A stretch of 64,000 bases of DNA, taken from Parcubacteria bacterium RAAC4_OD1_1 (lineage in GTDB: Bacteria; Patescibacteriota; Minisyncoccia; Phycocordibacterales; UBA9973). Positions 29,819 to 39,300 of this stretch are shown piece after piece (positions within the stretch are counted from its first letter, which is position 1; each line of letters starts with the position of its first letter). The translations under genes were made by a program, and so were the position numbers. The notes below the pieces were generated by a model. It searched no databases. It saw only the letters and a list, made by a program, of their open reading frames with translations, and was not told the DNA's origin. The stretch spans positions 385-64,384 of the forward strand of contig AWSN01000001.1 of assembly GCA_000505065.1 (NCBI GenBank), read 5' to 3'.

Positions 29819-32803
29819 ATGACTAATAAAGATTTTGAAAAAAAGATTTCTCTACTTAACGAAAGACAGAGAGAAGCTGTAGAGGCTATCGAAGGCCCTG
29901 TGATGGTGGTGGCAGGCCCTGGAACTGGAAAGACAGAAATCCTTTCTCTTCGAATTGGAAATATTTTAAAAAATACTGACACTCCACCAGAATCTATTCT
30001 TTGTCTTACTTTTACAAATTCAGGTGTTTCTGCTATGAAAGAAAGGCTTGAAAGATATATTGGGAAAAGAGGTAGAGAAGTGACTATTTCTACATTTCAT
30101 GCTTTTTCAATATCTCTTATTGAAAAGTATTATGACTTGCTTGATTTTAAGAAAATTCCTGAATTACTTTCAGATGAAGACGCAATTTTCCTTGTGGATG
30201 ATATTCTAAACGAAAATGAATGGGAATATATAAGCCCACTTTCAAACAGGGTAACTTATTTTGGAGAATTAAAACACCTAGTTTCTAATTTAAAAAGAGA
30301 AAGAATTTCCGCAGATACTTTTATGTCTTATATTGATATGGATATTAATGATTTGAAAAATAATCCTGATAGTATATCGACAAGGGGAGATAGTAAGGGT
30401 GAATTTAAAAAAGAAGTTTTGAAAAAGATTGAATCATTAGAAAGAACTAAAGAAGTTGTAGAATTTTATAAGATTTATGAAGACAAGAAAAAGGCAAATT
30501 CTCTAATGGATTATGATGATGTGCTTGATTATGCAGTTTCTTTGGTAGAAAATTTCTCTAATGTGAGAGATGATATTCGTGAGGAGTATCTTTATATACT
30601 TGTAGATGAACATCAAGATTCTAGTGGAGTTCAAAATGATTTTATAAAAGCAATCTGGAGTGGTGTTGAATCCCCAAATATATTTGTGGTGGGGGATGAT
30701 CGCCAGCTTATATATGGATTTTCTGGAGCCAACATTTCTTATTTTGAAGATTTTTCACATATTTTTGGTAAACCAAAACTTATAGTTTTAAATGAAAATT
30801 ATCGCTCGACAGAGCAAATACTTTCTTTGGCTGATGATATTTTACAAAGTTCTATAGCGAAAGAAAAATTAAATAGTAACTTGGGTAAAGGGCAGAAGAT
30901 AAGACTCGGAGAATACTTTTATCCTCGAGATGAGATAATAAGTGCAGGAATTTATTTTAAAGAAAAAATAAATGAAGGAGTAGATCCTAATGAATGTGCG
31001 CTTCTTGTGCCTAGGAATAGCCATGTAAAAACTGCAATAGAGATACTTATAAATATGGGACTTCCTGTTGCGTCTGATTCAAATCTCTCACTTTTTTCTC
31101 AAGTAGAATCAGATTATTTAAAGAGGTTAATGAGAGTAATTACCAATCCTTTTGATTCTCTTTCACTTTCAAAAACTTTATTAGATGAAACAAGTGGAAT
31201 AGAAAAGCTAGAAGCTCTCACTTATTTAAAAGAAAATAAAGGAGAAGAATTGAATATTGATAAACTTTTGTCTTCTAAAAAAGAAGGATTATTTGGGGAG
31301 GATAATAGTATTTATCGTTTCGGTAAAAAATTAGAAAATTGGATTAATTCTTTGAAGGGAGAAAAATTGAGCAACATTGTAAATATTTTGGGTAATGATC
31401 TTCTTGTTAAAACTTCAAAAAATAATAATGAACTTTTAAATAGAGTAGAAATTGTGAGGAGTTTTATTCATTTAGCCATTATGTTTGAAGAAAAGAATAA
31501 GAAAATTGATTTATCTTCTTTTGTAGAATATTTAGATCGTTTGGAATCCTACAATACTCATATAGAGCTTGCAAAATTTGGTGGAGATGAGGGAATAAAA
31601 GTAATGACACTTCATAAATCAAAAGGTCTTGAATATGAAGCCGTTTGGATTGCTCATATGAATGAAGAGATACTTTTGTCTTCTAAAAAAGGAGGTTTTA
31701 CTTTACCAGAAAAAATTAAAGAGAGAATGTCATTACGGAATATAGAGGATGCAAAAAGAGAGCTTTATGTAGCTATTACAAGAGCAAAAAAAATGTGCAA
31801 TATCTCATACTCTCGTGAAGGATATAATGGTGGAGATCTTGAGTTGCTTTCAATAATTAGAGATTTGCCTGATGTACATTTTGATAAGATGTCAGCTAAA
31901 GAAAATGAAGATAAAATTCTTTCCCTTGGGGCAGATATTTATACCAAGTTTGATAGGATCAAATTTGAAGGTAATGAAATAGATGAAGTTAAAAATTTAG
32001 TAAAGAAAAATTATGAAAGTATGAGAGTTTCGGTTTCGATGCTTAATAATTTCTTTGAATGCCCTTGGAAGTGGTACTTTAGAAATTTTCTTAAACTTCC
32101 AGAAGAAAAGCCAATGCATTTAGCTTTAGGGACGGTGGTGCATGCTATGATTGAGTTTGTTTTGAAATCCGATGATTTTCCTAAAGAAAATGAACTGAAA
32201 TTAAAAATAGAAAAAGAATTTAAAAAAGAAGGCATAGAAAATAAAATTGATTTAAAAAGACTTTCAAAAAAGGCTGAAATTGCAATAACAGAATGGATAA
32301 ATAATTATTATAAAAAATTAAATAAAGATTATAAATCAGAAAGGTCTGTGTCTGTATCCTCAAAAGAATTTCCCAATCTTACAATGTATGGCAAGATTGA
32401 CCTTACAGAATATCTGGGTGATAGAGAAATAATGGTGACAGATTTTAAAACAGGAAATTCAAAAACTAAAAATATGATAGAGAAGATAAGTGAGGATGGA
32501 AGGATGTCTGACTTAATGCGTCAACTGGCAATGTATTCATATCTTTTAGAAGGGGATGAAAAGAATGTAAGAGTTGTAAAATCAAGACTGCTATTTCTAG
32601 AAGAAGATATAGAAAATAAAAATGCATTATACGAGACATTAATAGATCAAGAAAAAATTGATTTATTAAAGAGAGATATAAAGGATTACGATGAATCTTT
32701 GAAAAGTGGTGAATTTGTAAACAATGAATGTCATTTTAAGCCATACGGTTCTCTAAATAATGAATGTGAATACTGCAAACTCGCTAACCAACTATTTCAG
32801 TAA
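29819..32803 (+). CDS. UvrD/PcrA-type SF1 helicase fused to C-terminal RecB/Cas4-like PD-(D/E)xK nuclease with Cys cluster (AddA/AddB-like single polypeptide)
   Basis: Walker A AGPGTGKTE, DEHQD (motif II), ...VMTLHKSKGLEYEAVWIAH... (motif V/VI region). C-terminal ...YGKIDLTEYLGDREIMVTDFKTG... and CHFKPYGSLNNECEYC. Confidence 0.8.
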   Translation: MTNKDFEKKISLLNERQREAVEAIEGPVMVVAGPGTGKTEILSLRIGNILKNTDTPPESILCLTFTNSGVSAMKERLERYIGKRGREVTISTFHAFSISLIEKYYDLLDFKKIPELLSDEDAIFLVDDILNENEWEYISPLSNRVTYFGELKHLVSNLKRERISADTFMSYIDMDINDLKNNPDSISTRGDSKGEFKKEVLKKIESLERTKEVVEFYKIYEDKKKANSLMDYDDVLDYAVSLVENFSNVRDDIREEYLYILVDEHQDSSGVQNDFIKAIWSGVESPNIFVVGDDRQLIYGFSGANISYFEDFSHIFGKPKLIVLNENYRSTEQILSLADDILQSSIAKEKLNSNLGKGQKIRLGEYFYPRDEIISAGIYFKEKINEGVDPNECALLVPRNSHVKTAIEILINMGLPVASDSNLSLFSQVESDYLKRLMRVITNPFDSLSLSKTLLDETSGIEKLEALTYLKENKGEELNIDKLLSSKKEGLFGEDNSIYRFGKKLENWINSLKGEKLSNIVNILGNDLLVKTSKNNNELLNRVEIVRSFIHLAIMFEEKNKKIDLSSFVEYLDRLESYNTHIELAKFGGDEGIKVMTLHKSKGLEYEAVWIAHMNEEILLSSKKGGFTLPEKIKERMSLRNIEDAKRELYVAITRAKKMCNISYSREGYNGGDLELLSIIRDLPDVHFDKMSAKENEDKILSLGADIYTKFDRIKFEGNEIDEVKNLVKKNYESMRVSVSMLNNFFECPWKWYFRNFLKLPEEKPMHLALGTVVHAMIEFVLKSDDFPKENELKLKIEKEFKKEGIENKIDLKRLSKKAEIAITEWINNYYKKLNKDYKSERSVSVSSKEFPNLTMYGKIDLTEYLGDREIMVTDFKTGNSKTKNMIEKISEDGRMSDLMRQLAMYSYLLEGDEKNVRVVKSRLLFLEEDIENKNALYETLIDQEKIDLLKRDIKDYDESLKSGEFVNNECHFKPYGSLNNECEYCKLANQLFQ

Positions 32804-32813
32804 ACTTGGGAGA

Positions 32814-32834
32814 ACTTGGGAGCTCAGCTCCCAA
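32814..32834. repeat. REP-1 palindrome copy 2 (preceded by a 9-nt partial duplicate CTTGGGAGA at 32804-32812)
   Basis: Exact CTTGGGAGCTCAGCTCCCAAG, 30 nt upstream of the RAYT-1 start. Confidence 0.8.
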
Positions 32835-32864
32835 GTTAAATGAAATAAAATTTTTATATAAATT

Positions 32865-33527
32865 ATGAGAAATTTAAAATTTGCAAATAAAGAATATTAT
32901 CATATTTATAATAGAGGAACAGACAAAAGAGATATCTTTTTAGAGAAAGAAGATGTCTGGCGTTTTTATAAAAGTTTGATTTTACTGAATTCTGTAGAAA
33001 AGATAGGGAGTTTATATGAAAATTCATTTAAAAAGAAGAATAAAATTAAACTTGGGAGCTCAGCTCCCAAGTTAGTGAATATTGTGGCTTATTGTTTAAA
33101 TCAAAATCATTTTCATTTAATTTTAGAGCAAGTAGCTGATAATGGTATTTCAAAATTTATGCATCGCTTATCTACTGGATATACTAATTATTTTAATGAG
33201 AAAAATAAAAGGACCGGATCTTTATTTGAAGGGAGATATAAAGCTAAACATATATCTTCAAATGAATACTTACTTCATTTAGGGGTGTATGTGAATTTAA
33301 ATGATAGGGTACATAAAGGAATGAATAAGGAGTGGATGAAAGAATTACCCTTTTCTAGTTTTAATGAATATGTAAATAAAAATATAAAAGGTATATGTAA
33401 GAAAGATATAATTCTTGGTCAATTTAAAAATGAGAAAGATTTTATTAAATACTGTCTTGAAGTTTTGCCAATTATAAAAAAAAGAAAGGAAGATTTAAAA
33501 GAGTTCAAAAATATCTGTATAGAATAA
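32865..33527 (+). CDS. REP-associated tyrosine transposase (IS200-like, COG1943 Y1/HUH family), RAYT-1
   Basis: YHIYNRGTDKRDIFLEKEDVWRFYKSL..., ...VAYCLNQNHFHLIL (HUH), ...KRTGSLFEGRYKAKHISSNEYLLHLGVYVNLN... (catalytic Tyr region). Flanked by inverted REP-1 copies. Confidence 0.65.
   Translation: MRNLKFANKEYYHIYNRGTDKRDIFLEKEDVWRFYKSLILLNSVEKIGSLYENSFKKKNKIKLGSSAPKLVNIVAYCLNQNHFHLILEQVADNGISKFMHRLSTGYTNYFNEKNKRTGSLFEGRYKAKHISSNEYLLHLGVYVNLNDRVHKGMNKEWMKELPFSSFNEYVNKNIKGICKKDIILGQFKNEKDFIKYCLEVLPIIKKRKEDLKEFKNICIE
33051..33071. repeat. REP-1 palindrome copy 3, located in frame inside RAYT-1 (encodes KLGSSAPKL)
   Basis: Exact 21-mer. 21 nt is 7 codons, so the reading frame is preserved. The paralogue RAYT-2 lacks these residues at the aligned position. 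Confidence 0.8.
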
Positions 33528-33529
33528 TC

Positions 33530-33550
33530 ACTTGGGAGCTGAGCTCCCAA
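33530..33550. repeat. REP-1 palindrome copy 4, inverted orientation (CTTGGGAGCTGAGCTCCCAAG)
   Basis: Central CTGAG versus CTCAG shows it is the reverse complement of copies 1-3. Lies 3 nt after the RAYT-1 stop. Confidence 0.8.
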
Positions 33551-33606
33551 GTGAATGGATTTTGGTGTAAATTTGAAAATAAGTTTAAAAATGCTATATT
33601 ATAAAG

Positions 33607-34329
33607 ATGGAAGAGGATATTAAAAAATATAAAAAAGGAAGTTTGCATCCACTCACACTAATAACCAATGAGGCAGTTTCTATATTTAAAGATCTTGGTT
33701 TTGTGGTAGAGGTGGGCCCTGAGCTCGAAGATGAATGGTATAATTTTGATGCACTTAATGTCCCTAAGGATCACCCAGCTCGTGATATGCAAGATACATT
33801 CTTTATTAAAGGTCAGAAAGAAAAAGTTCTTCGTACTCATACTTCGAATACCCAGATAAGATTTATGGAAGAATTAGTAAAGAGTGGAGGAGTGCCACCT
33901 TTTGCTATTGTTGTCCCCGGGAAAGTTTTCAGAAATGAATCAACGGATGTAACTCACGAGATGCAGTTTTATCAGATAGAGGGGCTTATGATAGGAGAAG
34001 ATATTTCTGTTGCTCATATGAAGGGTGTGCTTCTTGAATTTTTTAAAAGATTTTTTGATGGGGAAGAAGTAGATATTCGTTTGCGACCATCTTTCTTTCC
34101 TTTTGTGGAGCCAGGATTTGAAATAGATTTGAAGAAAGGAGATAAATGGATAGAGTTACTTGGTGCAGGAATGGTTCACCCAAATGTCTTAAAAAATTGT
34201 GGAATTGATGGGGAAAAATATCAAGGTTTTGCTTTTGGTATAGGACTCGACAGACTTATGATGATGAAGCTAAAAATTTCAGATGTTAGACTTTCTTATC
34301 AGGGAGATTTAAGACTTAATCAATTTTAA
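33607..34329 (+). CDS. pheS: phenylalanine--tRNA ligase alpha subunit (short form, 240 aa)
   Basis: ...HPARDMQDTFFI..., ...LRTHTS..., ...FRNE..., ...FPFVEPGFEID..., ...GAGMVHPNVL... are class II aaRS motifs 1-3. Confidence 0.85.
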   Translation: MEEDIKKYKKGSLHPLTLITNEAVSIFKDLGFVVEVGPELEDEWYNFDALNVPKDHPARDMQDTFFIKGQKEKVLRTHTSNTQIRFMEELVKSGGVPPFAIVVPGKVFRNESTDVTHEMQFYQIEGLMIGEDISVAHMKGVLLEFFKRFFDGEEVDIRLRPSFFPFVEPGFEIDLKKGDKWIELLGAGMVHPNVLKNCGIDGEKYQGFAFGIGLDRLMMMKLKISDVRLSYQGDLRLNQF

Positions 34330-34332
34330 TTT

Positions 34333-36270
34333 ATGAAGATTAGTTACAATTGGCTTAAAAGATATATAAAAGAAATTCCAAAAGAAGAAGATTTAGTAAA
34401 TCTTATTACATTTAAAATTTGTGAATTGGAATCTGTGGAAAAATCACCAAATGGTGATACTGTTTTTGATATGAAAATTTTACCAGATAGGGCGCATGAT
34501 TTGCTTTCTCATTATGGTGTTGCCAAAGAAATTGCTGGGATTTTGGGGATAAATATAACAGAGATTGATCAGAATATTCATTCTGAGAGCACGAATATTT
34601 CCTTGCTAGGAAATAACTCTCTCCGGCCAAGTCGGCCTGCGCAAGGCTCTCCAGAAGAACATTCCGCTTCGCTTACTTCAGGATTTGAAGATTTAAAAAT
34701 TGACGTAGAATCTCCTTTATGTAGAAGATATATGGGGAGAATAATTAGAGATATTGAGATTGGAGAATCTCCTTTGTGGATGAAAGAATTGCTCGAAAGT
34801 GTGGGACAGAGAAGTATAAATAACATTGTAGATATAACAAATTTTATACTTTTTGACAAAGGACAACCAATTCATGCTTTTGATTTAGATAAACTAGAAA
34901 GTGAAAAATTAATAGTGAGAAATGCCAAAATTGGAGAGAAGATAAATTTGCTTTCATATGAAAATTTAGGTAAAGAAAGAATTGTAGAATTAAGTGAGAA
35001 TAATTTAATAATCGCAGATGAAAAAGACCCGGTGGCTATCGCCGGAGTAAAGGGTGGCACAAAAGCTGAAGTAGATAAAAATACTAAAAATATTTTGATA
35101 GAGGTGGCAAATTTTGATCCAGTCTCTGTAAGGAAAACTGCAAGAGGTTTTGGTATTCAGACCGATGCTGTAAAAAGATTTGAGAATGAAATTATTCCTG
35201 ATTGGTGTAGCCCTGTGATGAATGAAGTTTCTTCTTTAATATTGGAAACTTGTGAGAATGCAAAATTAGAAAATATTGTAGATTTATATAATGAGAAAAA
35301 AGAAGAGAGGAAAATCACTTTCAATAGAGGATACATATCTAAAGTTTTGGGAGTAGAAATTAAAAATGAAGAAATAGAGAAAATTTTAAAAAATTATAAT
35401 TACAAATATAACTTTTTGCACAAGTCCGACTTGTGCGAAGTTGATATGTGGGAGATGGTGGTGCCGAAAGAAAGATTAGATATTAGTGGTGGGCACGATA
35501 TGGCAGAAGAGATAGGTAGAGTTTATGGGTATGACAAAATAGCATCTGTTTTGCCTGATTTGAAACTAAATCATAAAGATAGTGATACTTGGACAAAAAT
35601 TTGTTTAGCTAAAAATAAACTTGTAGAAGATGGCTATAAAGAAGTAATGACTTATGCTTTGGTAGAAAAAGGAGAAGTCGAAATAATGGCTAGTGCTTCG
35701 GATAAAAATTTCTTACGTACAAATTTATTAGATGGACTTAATAAATCTTATGAATTAAATAGACTCAATGCTCCGTTTTTAGAAATGCCAGAAATTAAAA
35801 TTTTTGAAGTTGGGACTGTGTTTACAAAAGATGGAGAAGAAATGCGTGTGGCTTATGTTGATAAAAAAAATAAAATTGAGATGAGTTTGGATAAATTTAT
35901 AGAAAAAGAATTTTCATCAGATTTTTTGCGGGAAAAGGCCTTGCCTTTAGAATCCCCAAGGCAAGGCCTTGAGGAGCAAAAAACTTTCAAGCTCTGGAGT
36001 AATTATCCATTCATAACGCGTGATGTCGCTGTGTGGGTGTCTACAGAAAAAGATGGAGAAGAACTTTATAAAATATTAAAAGAAAATGGGGGAGAATTGC
36101 TTATAAAAGATCCATACCTTTTTGATAAATTTACAAAAGGTGAAAAAACTTCATATGCATATCGATTAATTTTTCAATCTTATGATAGAACTTTGAATGA
36201 TGATGAAATAAATGAAATTTTGAATAGAATTTATGAGAAAATTAAACTAAATGGATGGGAGATAAGATAA
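34333..36270 (+). CDS. pheT: phenylalanine--tRNA ligase beta subunit (short form, 645 aa)
   Basis: N-terminal MKISYNWLKRYI, B3/4 and B5-like regions. C-terminal FDV-domain ...ITRDVAVWV.... Contains three GC-rich palindromic islands in frame. Confidence 0.8.
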   Translation: MKISYNWLKRYIKEIPKEEDLVNLITFKICELESVEKSPNGDTVFDMKILPDRAHDLLSHYGVAKEIAGILGINITEIDQNIHSESTNISLLGNNSLRPSRPAQGSPEEHSASLTSGFEDLKIDVESPLCRRYMGRIIRDIEIGESPLWMKELLESVGQRSINNIVDITNFILFDKGQPIHAFDLDKLESEKLIVRNAKIGEKINLLSYENLGKERIVELSENNLIIADEKDPVAIAGVKGGTKAEVDKNTKNILIEVANFDPVSVRKTARGFGIQTDAVKRFENEIIPDWCSPVMNEVSSLILETCENAKLENIVDLYNEKKEERKITFNRGYISKVLGVEIKNEEIEKILKNYNYKYNFLHKSDLCEVDMWEMVVPKERLDISGGHDMAEEIGRVYGYDKIASVLPDLKLNHKDSDTWTKICLAKNKLVEDGYKEVMTYALVEKGEVEIMASASDKNFLRTNLLDGLNKSYELNRLNAPFLEMPEIKIFEVGTVFTKDGEEMRVAYVDKKNKIEMSLDKFIEKEFSSDFLREKALPLESPRQGLEEQKTFKLWSNYPFITRDVAVWVSTEKDGEELYKILKENGGELLIKDPYLFDKFTKGEKTSYAYRLIFQSYDRTLNDDEINEILNRIYEKIKLNGWEIR

Positions 36271-36306
36271 ATCCCCACATCATCAAAGTTATCCACAATT
36301 TTTATC

Positions 36307-36350
36307 AAAATCACCATCAAAATCTATATGATTTTGATGGTGATTTTGAT
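36307..36350. promoter_or_regulatory. perfect 18-bp inverted repeat CAAAATCACCATCAAAAT-N8-ATTTTGATGGTGATTTTG abutting an extended -10 (TGATATAAT, 36349-36357) upstream of the giant gene; candidate operator
   Basis: Seen directly. Palindrome-to-ATG distance is about 19 nt. Confidence 0.4.
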
Positions 36351-36368
36351 ATAATATAATTGTATTTT

Positions 36369-39300
36369 ATGTTCAAAAAAGATAACAAATTAAAAGAAAA
36401 AATAAGTAAAATATTGCCACGTTTTTCTGTGCATTATGTTGCTTATTCTGTCTCATTTCTTTTTGTTGTTTTTTCTATTATTCACATTGTGTCTGCTACG
36501 ACTCCAAACCCAGGGCATCCTTGGAGTGAACTTGGTGATGGAGTCTTTTCTGTGACTTACAATCAGACTGCTCCACGTACTTATACATTTCCAGATGCAA
36601 ACGCAACTGTACTTACTACCAATGCCCCTGTGACTGTGGCTCAGGGAGGGACAGGACTTACAACAATTGCATCAGGATCAATCCTTGGTGCTAATTTAGC
36701 AAACACACTTTCTGCCATCACTTCTACAACAGGGACAAAAGTTCTTACAAATACAGATGGAACAATTAGTTGGGAAAATGAGCCAGACTCTATGGTTTAC
36801 CCATCTGCTGGGATTGCGGTTTCTACTGGCTCTGCATGGGGGACATCGATCACATCATCATCTCTATTAATTTCAAATATTTCAGATGAAGTTGGAACCG
36901 GGTATTTAGTCTTTAATGATTCACCATCTTTCACAACAAAAATTACAACACCACTTATACTCGGTGGAACTTCTACTACACAAGATTTATCTTTCCAAAC
37001 AACATCTGGTATTGGAGCAACAGGTGCTGATATGCATTTCAAAGTAGGGAATAATGGAGCAACTGAAGCGATGACGATTTTGAATAATGGGTATGTGGGA
37101 ATCGGGACGACGGGGCCAAGCGATAAGTTATCTGTAATAGGAGGAAATATTGCAATAGATGCTAGTTCAAAAATATATAATGGATCAGCTGCGGATAGTG
37201 CCGGTATAAGATTTCCAAGTTCTGTTACAGATATTGCTGGTTATAATGGAATAATATTTAGATCTAGCACAGTCGGAATAGCATCACAGACAGAAAGAAT
37301 GAGAATAACAAATACTGGCTCCGTCGGTATTGGGACGACGGCACCTACAGCGGTACTTCACCTAAAAGCAGGAACTGCAACAGCGGGAACTGCACCGCTT
37401 AAATTAACAAGCGGAGTAAATTTAACAACAGGAGAAGCAGGGGCAATGGAATACGATGGTGTAGAATTATATTTCACACCAAGTGGAACAACAAGAGAAA
37501 CTATTGCATATCTTTCTGATCTAACATCTGGATTAACTGGATATGTACCTTATACTGGTGCAACTACAAATGTAGATTTAGGGGTTCATAACTTAACTGT
37601 TGATACAAATACTTTGTTTGTTGATTCTGTGAATCATAGGGTGGGAGTGGGGACGACGACGCCAACTTATCTTTTGACTTTGAAAAGTCCAGCTTCTAAT
37701 ACAATATCTTTTTCTCTTGAAAAAACAGGAGCAACAACAACACCAGCATTGACTGCTTACGAGGGTTCTTCAACTCAAGGAGTAATGAATTTTTATGATA
37801 ACGGAAGTGCAATAGGAGCAAAAATACAAGGATATGGTGATTCATATTTTAACGGCGGCAACGTCGGAATTGGAACGACCTCTCCATTCTCTCCTGCATC
37901 AATAAATAAAGTGTTGAATATATACAAAGATACTGGTAGTGTTGGTCTTAATTTATCCGTTGGTCTTGAAGATTACGAAATAGCAAACGTTGCTGGTGAT
38001 TTGTGGTTTATAGATGATAATTCTACAAAAATAGTTGTAAAGAATACATCTGGCAACCTCCTCATTAACACTACAACCGACAACGGAGTTGACAAATTGC
38101 AGGTTAACGGCTCATTATCCACAGTAGGAAATGTGAGAGTTAATAAAAGAACAGATGCTTATAGGTATGTTGATATTTATAGTGATAATGTATATGGGTA
38201 TATACAAGTTAAAAGAGGAGATACAGATGCTGTAAGAGAATTAATTTTACAACCATCTGGTAGTTCTGTCGGTATCGGCACCACATCTCCCACCGCTGTA
38301 CTTCACCTAAAAGCTGGTACAGCCACCGCAGGCACTGCACCACTTAAACTAACAAGCGGAGTAAATTTAACAACAGGAGAAGCAGGAGCAATGGAATACG
38401 ATGGGACGGATCTTTTCTTTACCCCATCTACCACAAGAGAGACAGTAGCATTCTTGAGCGACATTACGGCTTCTGCTCATAATCCCGTCACTCTAGGTAC
38501 AGCAAACGGTCTCTCACTATCTACTCAACAACTCTCTTTAGCTCTAGCTTCTACTTCTACAACCGGTGCTCTTTCTTCTACAGACTGGAATACATTTAAC
38601 AACAAACAAGCAACTCTAGTATCTGGAACAAACATTAAAACAATCAACAGTGCTTCACTTCTAGGTAGTGGAGATATCGCTTTACAAACTCCACTTGTCG
38701 CTGATACTGATTACTTAACTCCAGGGACAGCAAGTTCTACGTATGCTCTTGCAACTAATGGTACATATTATATAGAAGGAACGGGGACTGTCGCTGGGAC
38801 ATGGCTCGGAAGTCATCCAAATATAACTTCGTATTATGATGGTTTGACTGTTCGATACTACACACCAATTGCTGGAGCTGCTACAACAACTTTAAATATA
38901 AATAGTCTTGGGGCCAAAACTATTTATTATGCTGGTGCAACCAAACTCACTACTCATTACCCAGCTTTGTCTGTTATTACTTTGACTTATTCTGCAACAC
39001 AAAATGGAGGGTCTTGGTTTGTTCAACCTTTTTATGCTGATGGGAATGAATCTTATACAGTTAGATGGAGCTCTACTCTTCAAGCCGGAGCTCCTATCTA
39101 TGATTACAAATTGGTAATGTTTGGAGCAAGTGATGGAAAAGTTTATCCTTTAACATTAGAAACAGGAACGGCTACAACGAAAACAGTTTCTAGTGTTGAA
39201 TTCAATCCAATGTCACCAGTTTTGTATTATGGTTCTACTACTGATATTGCTCTTGATGGAACATCTGCTTCTTATTGGTATGAAGGTGTGACTTCTGCTA

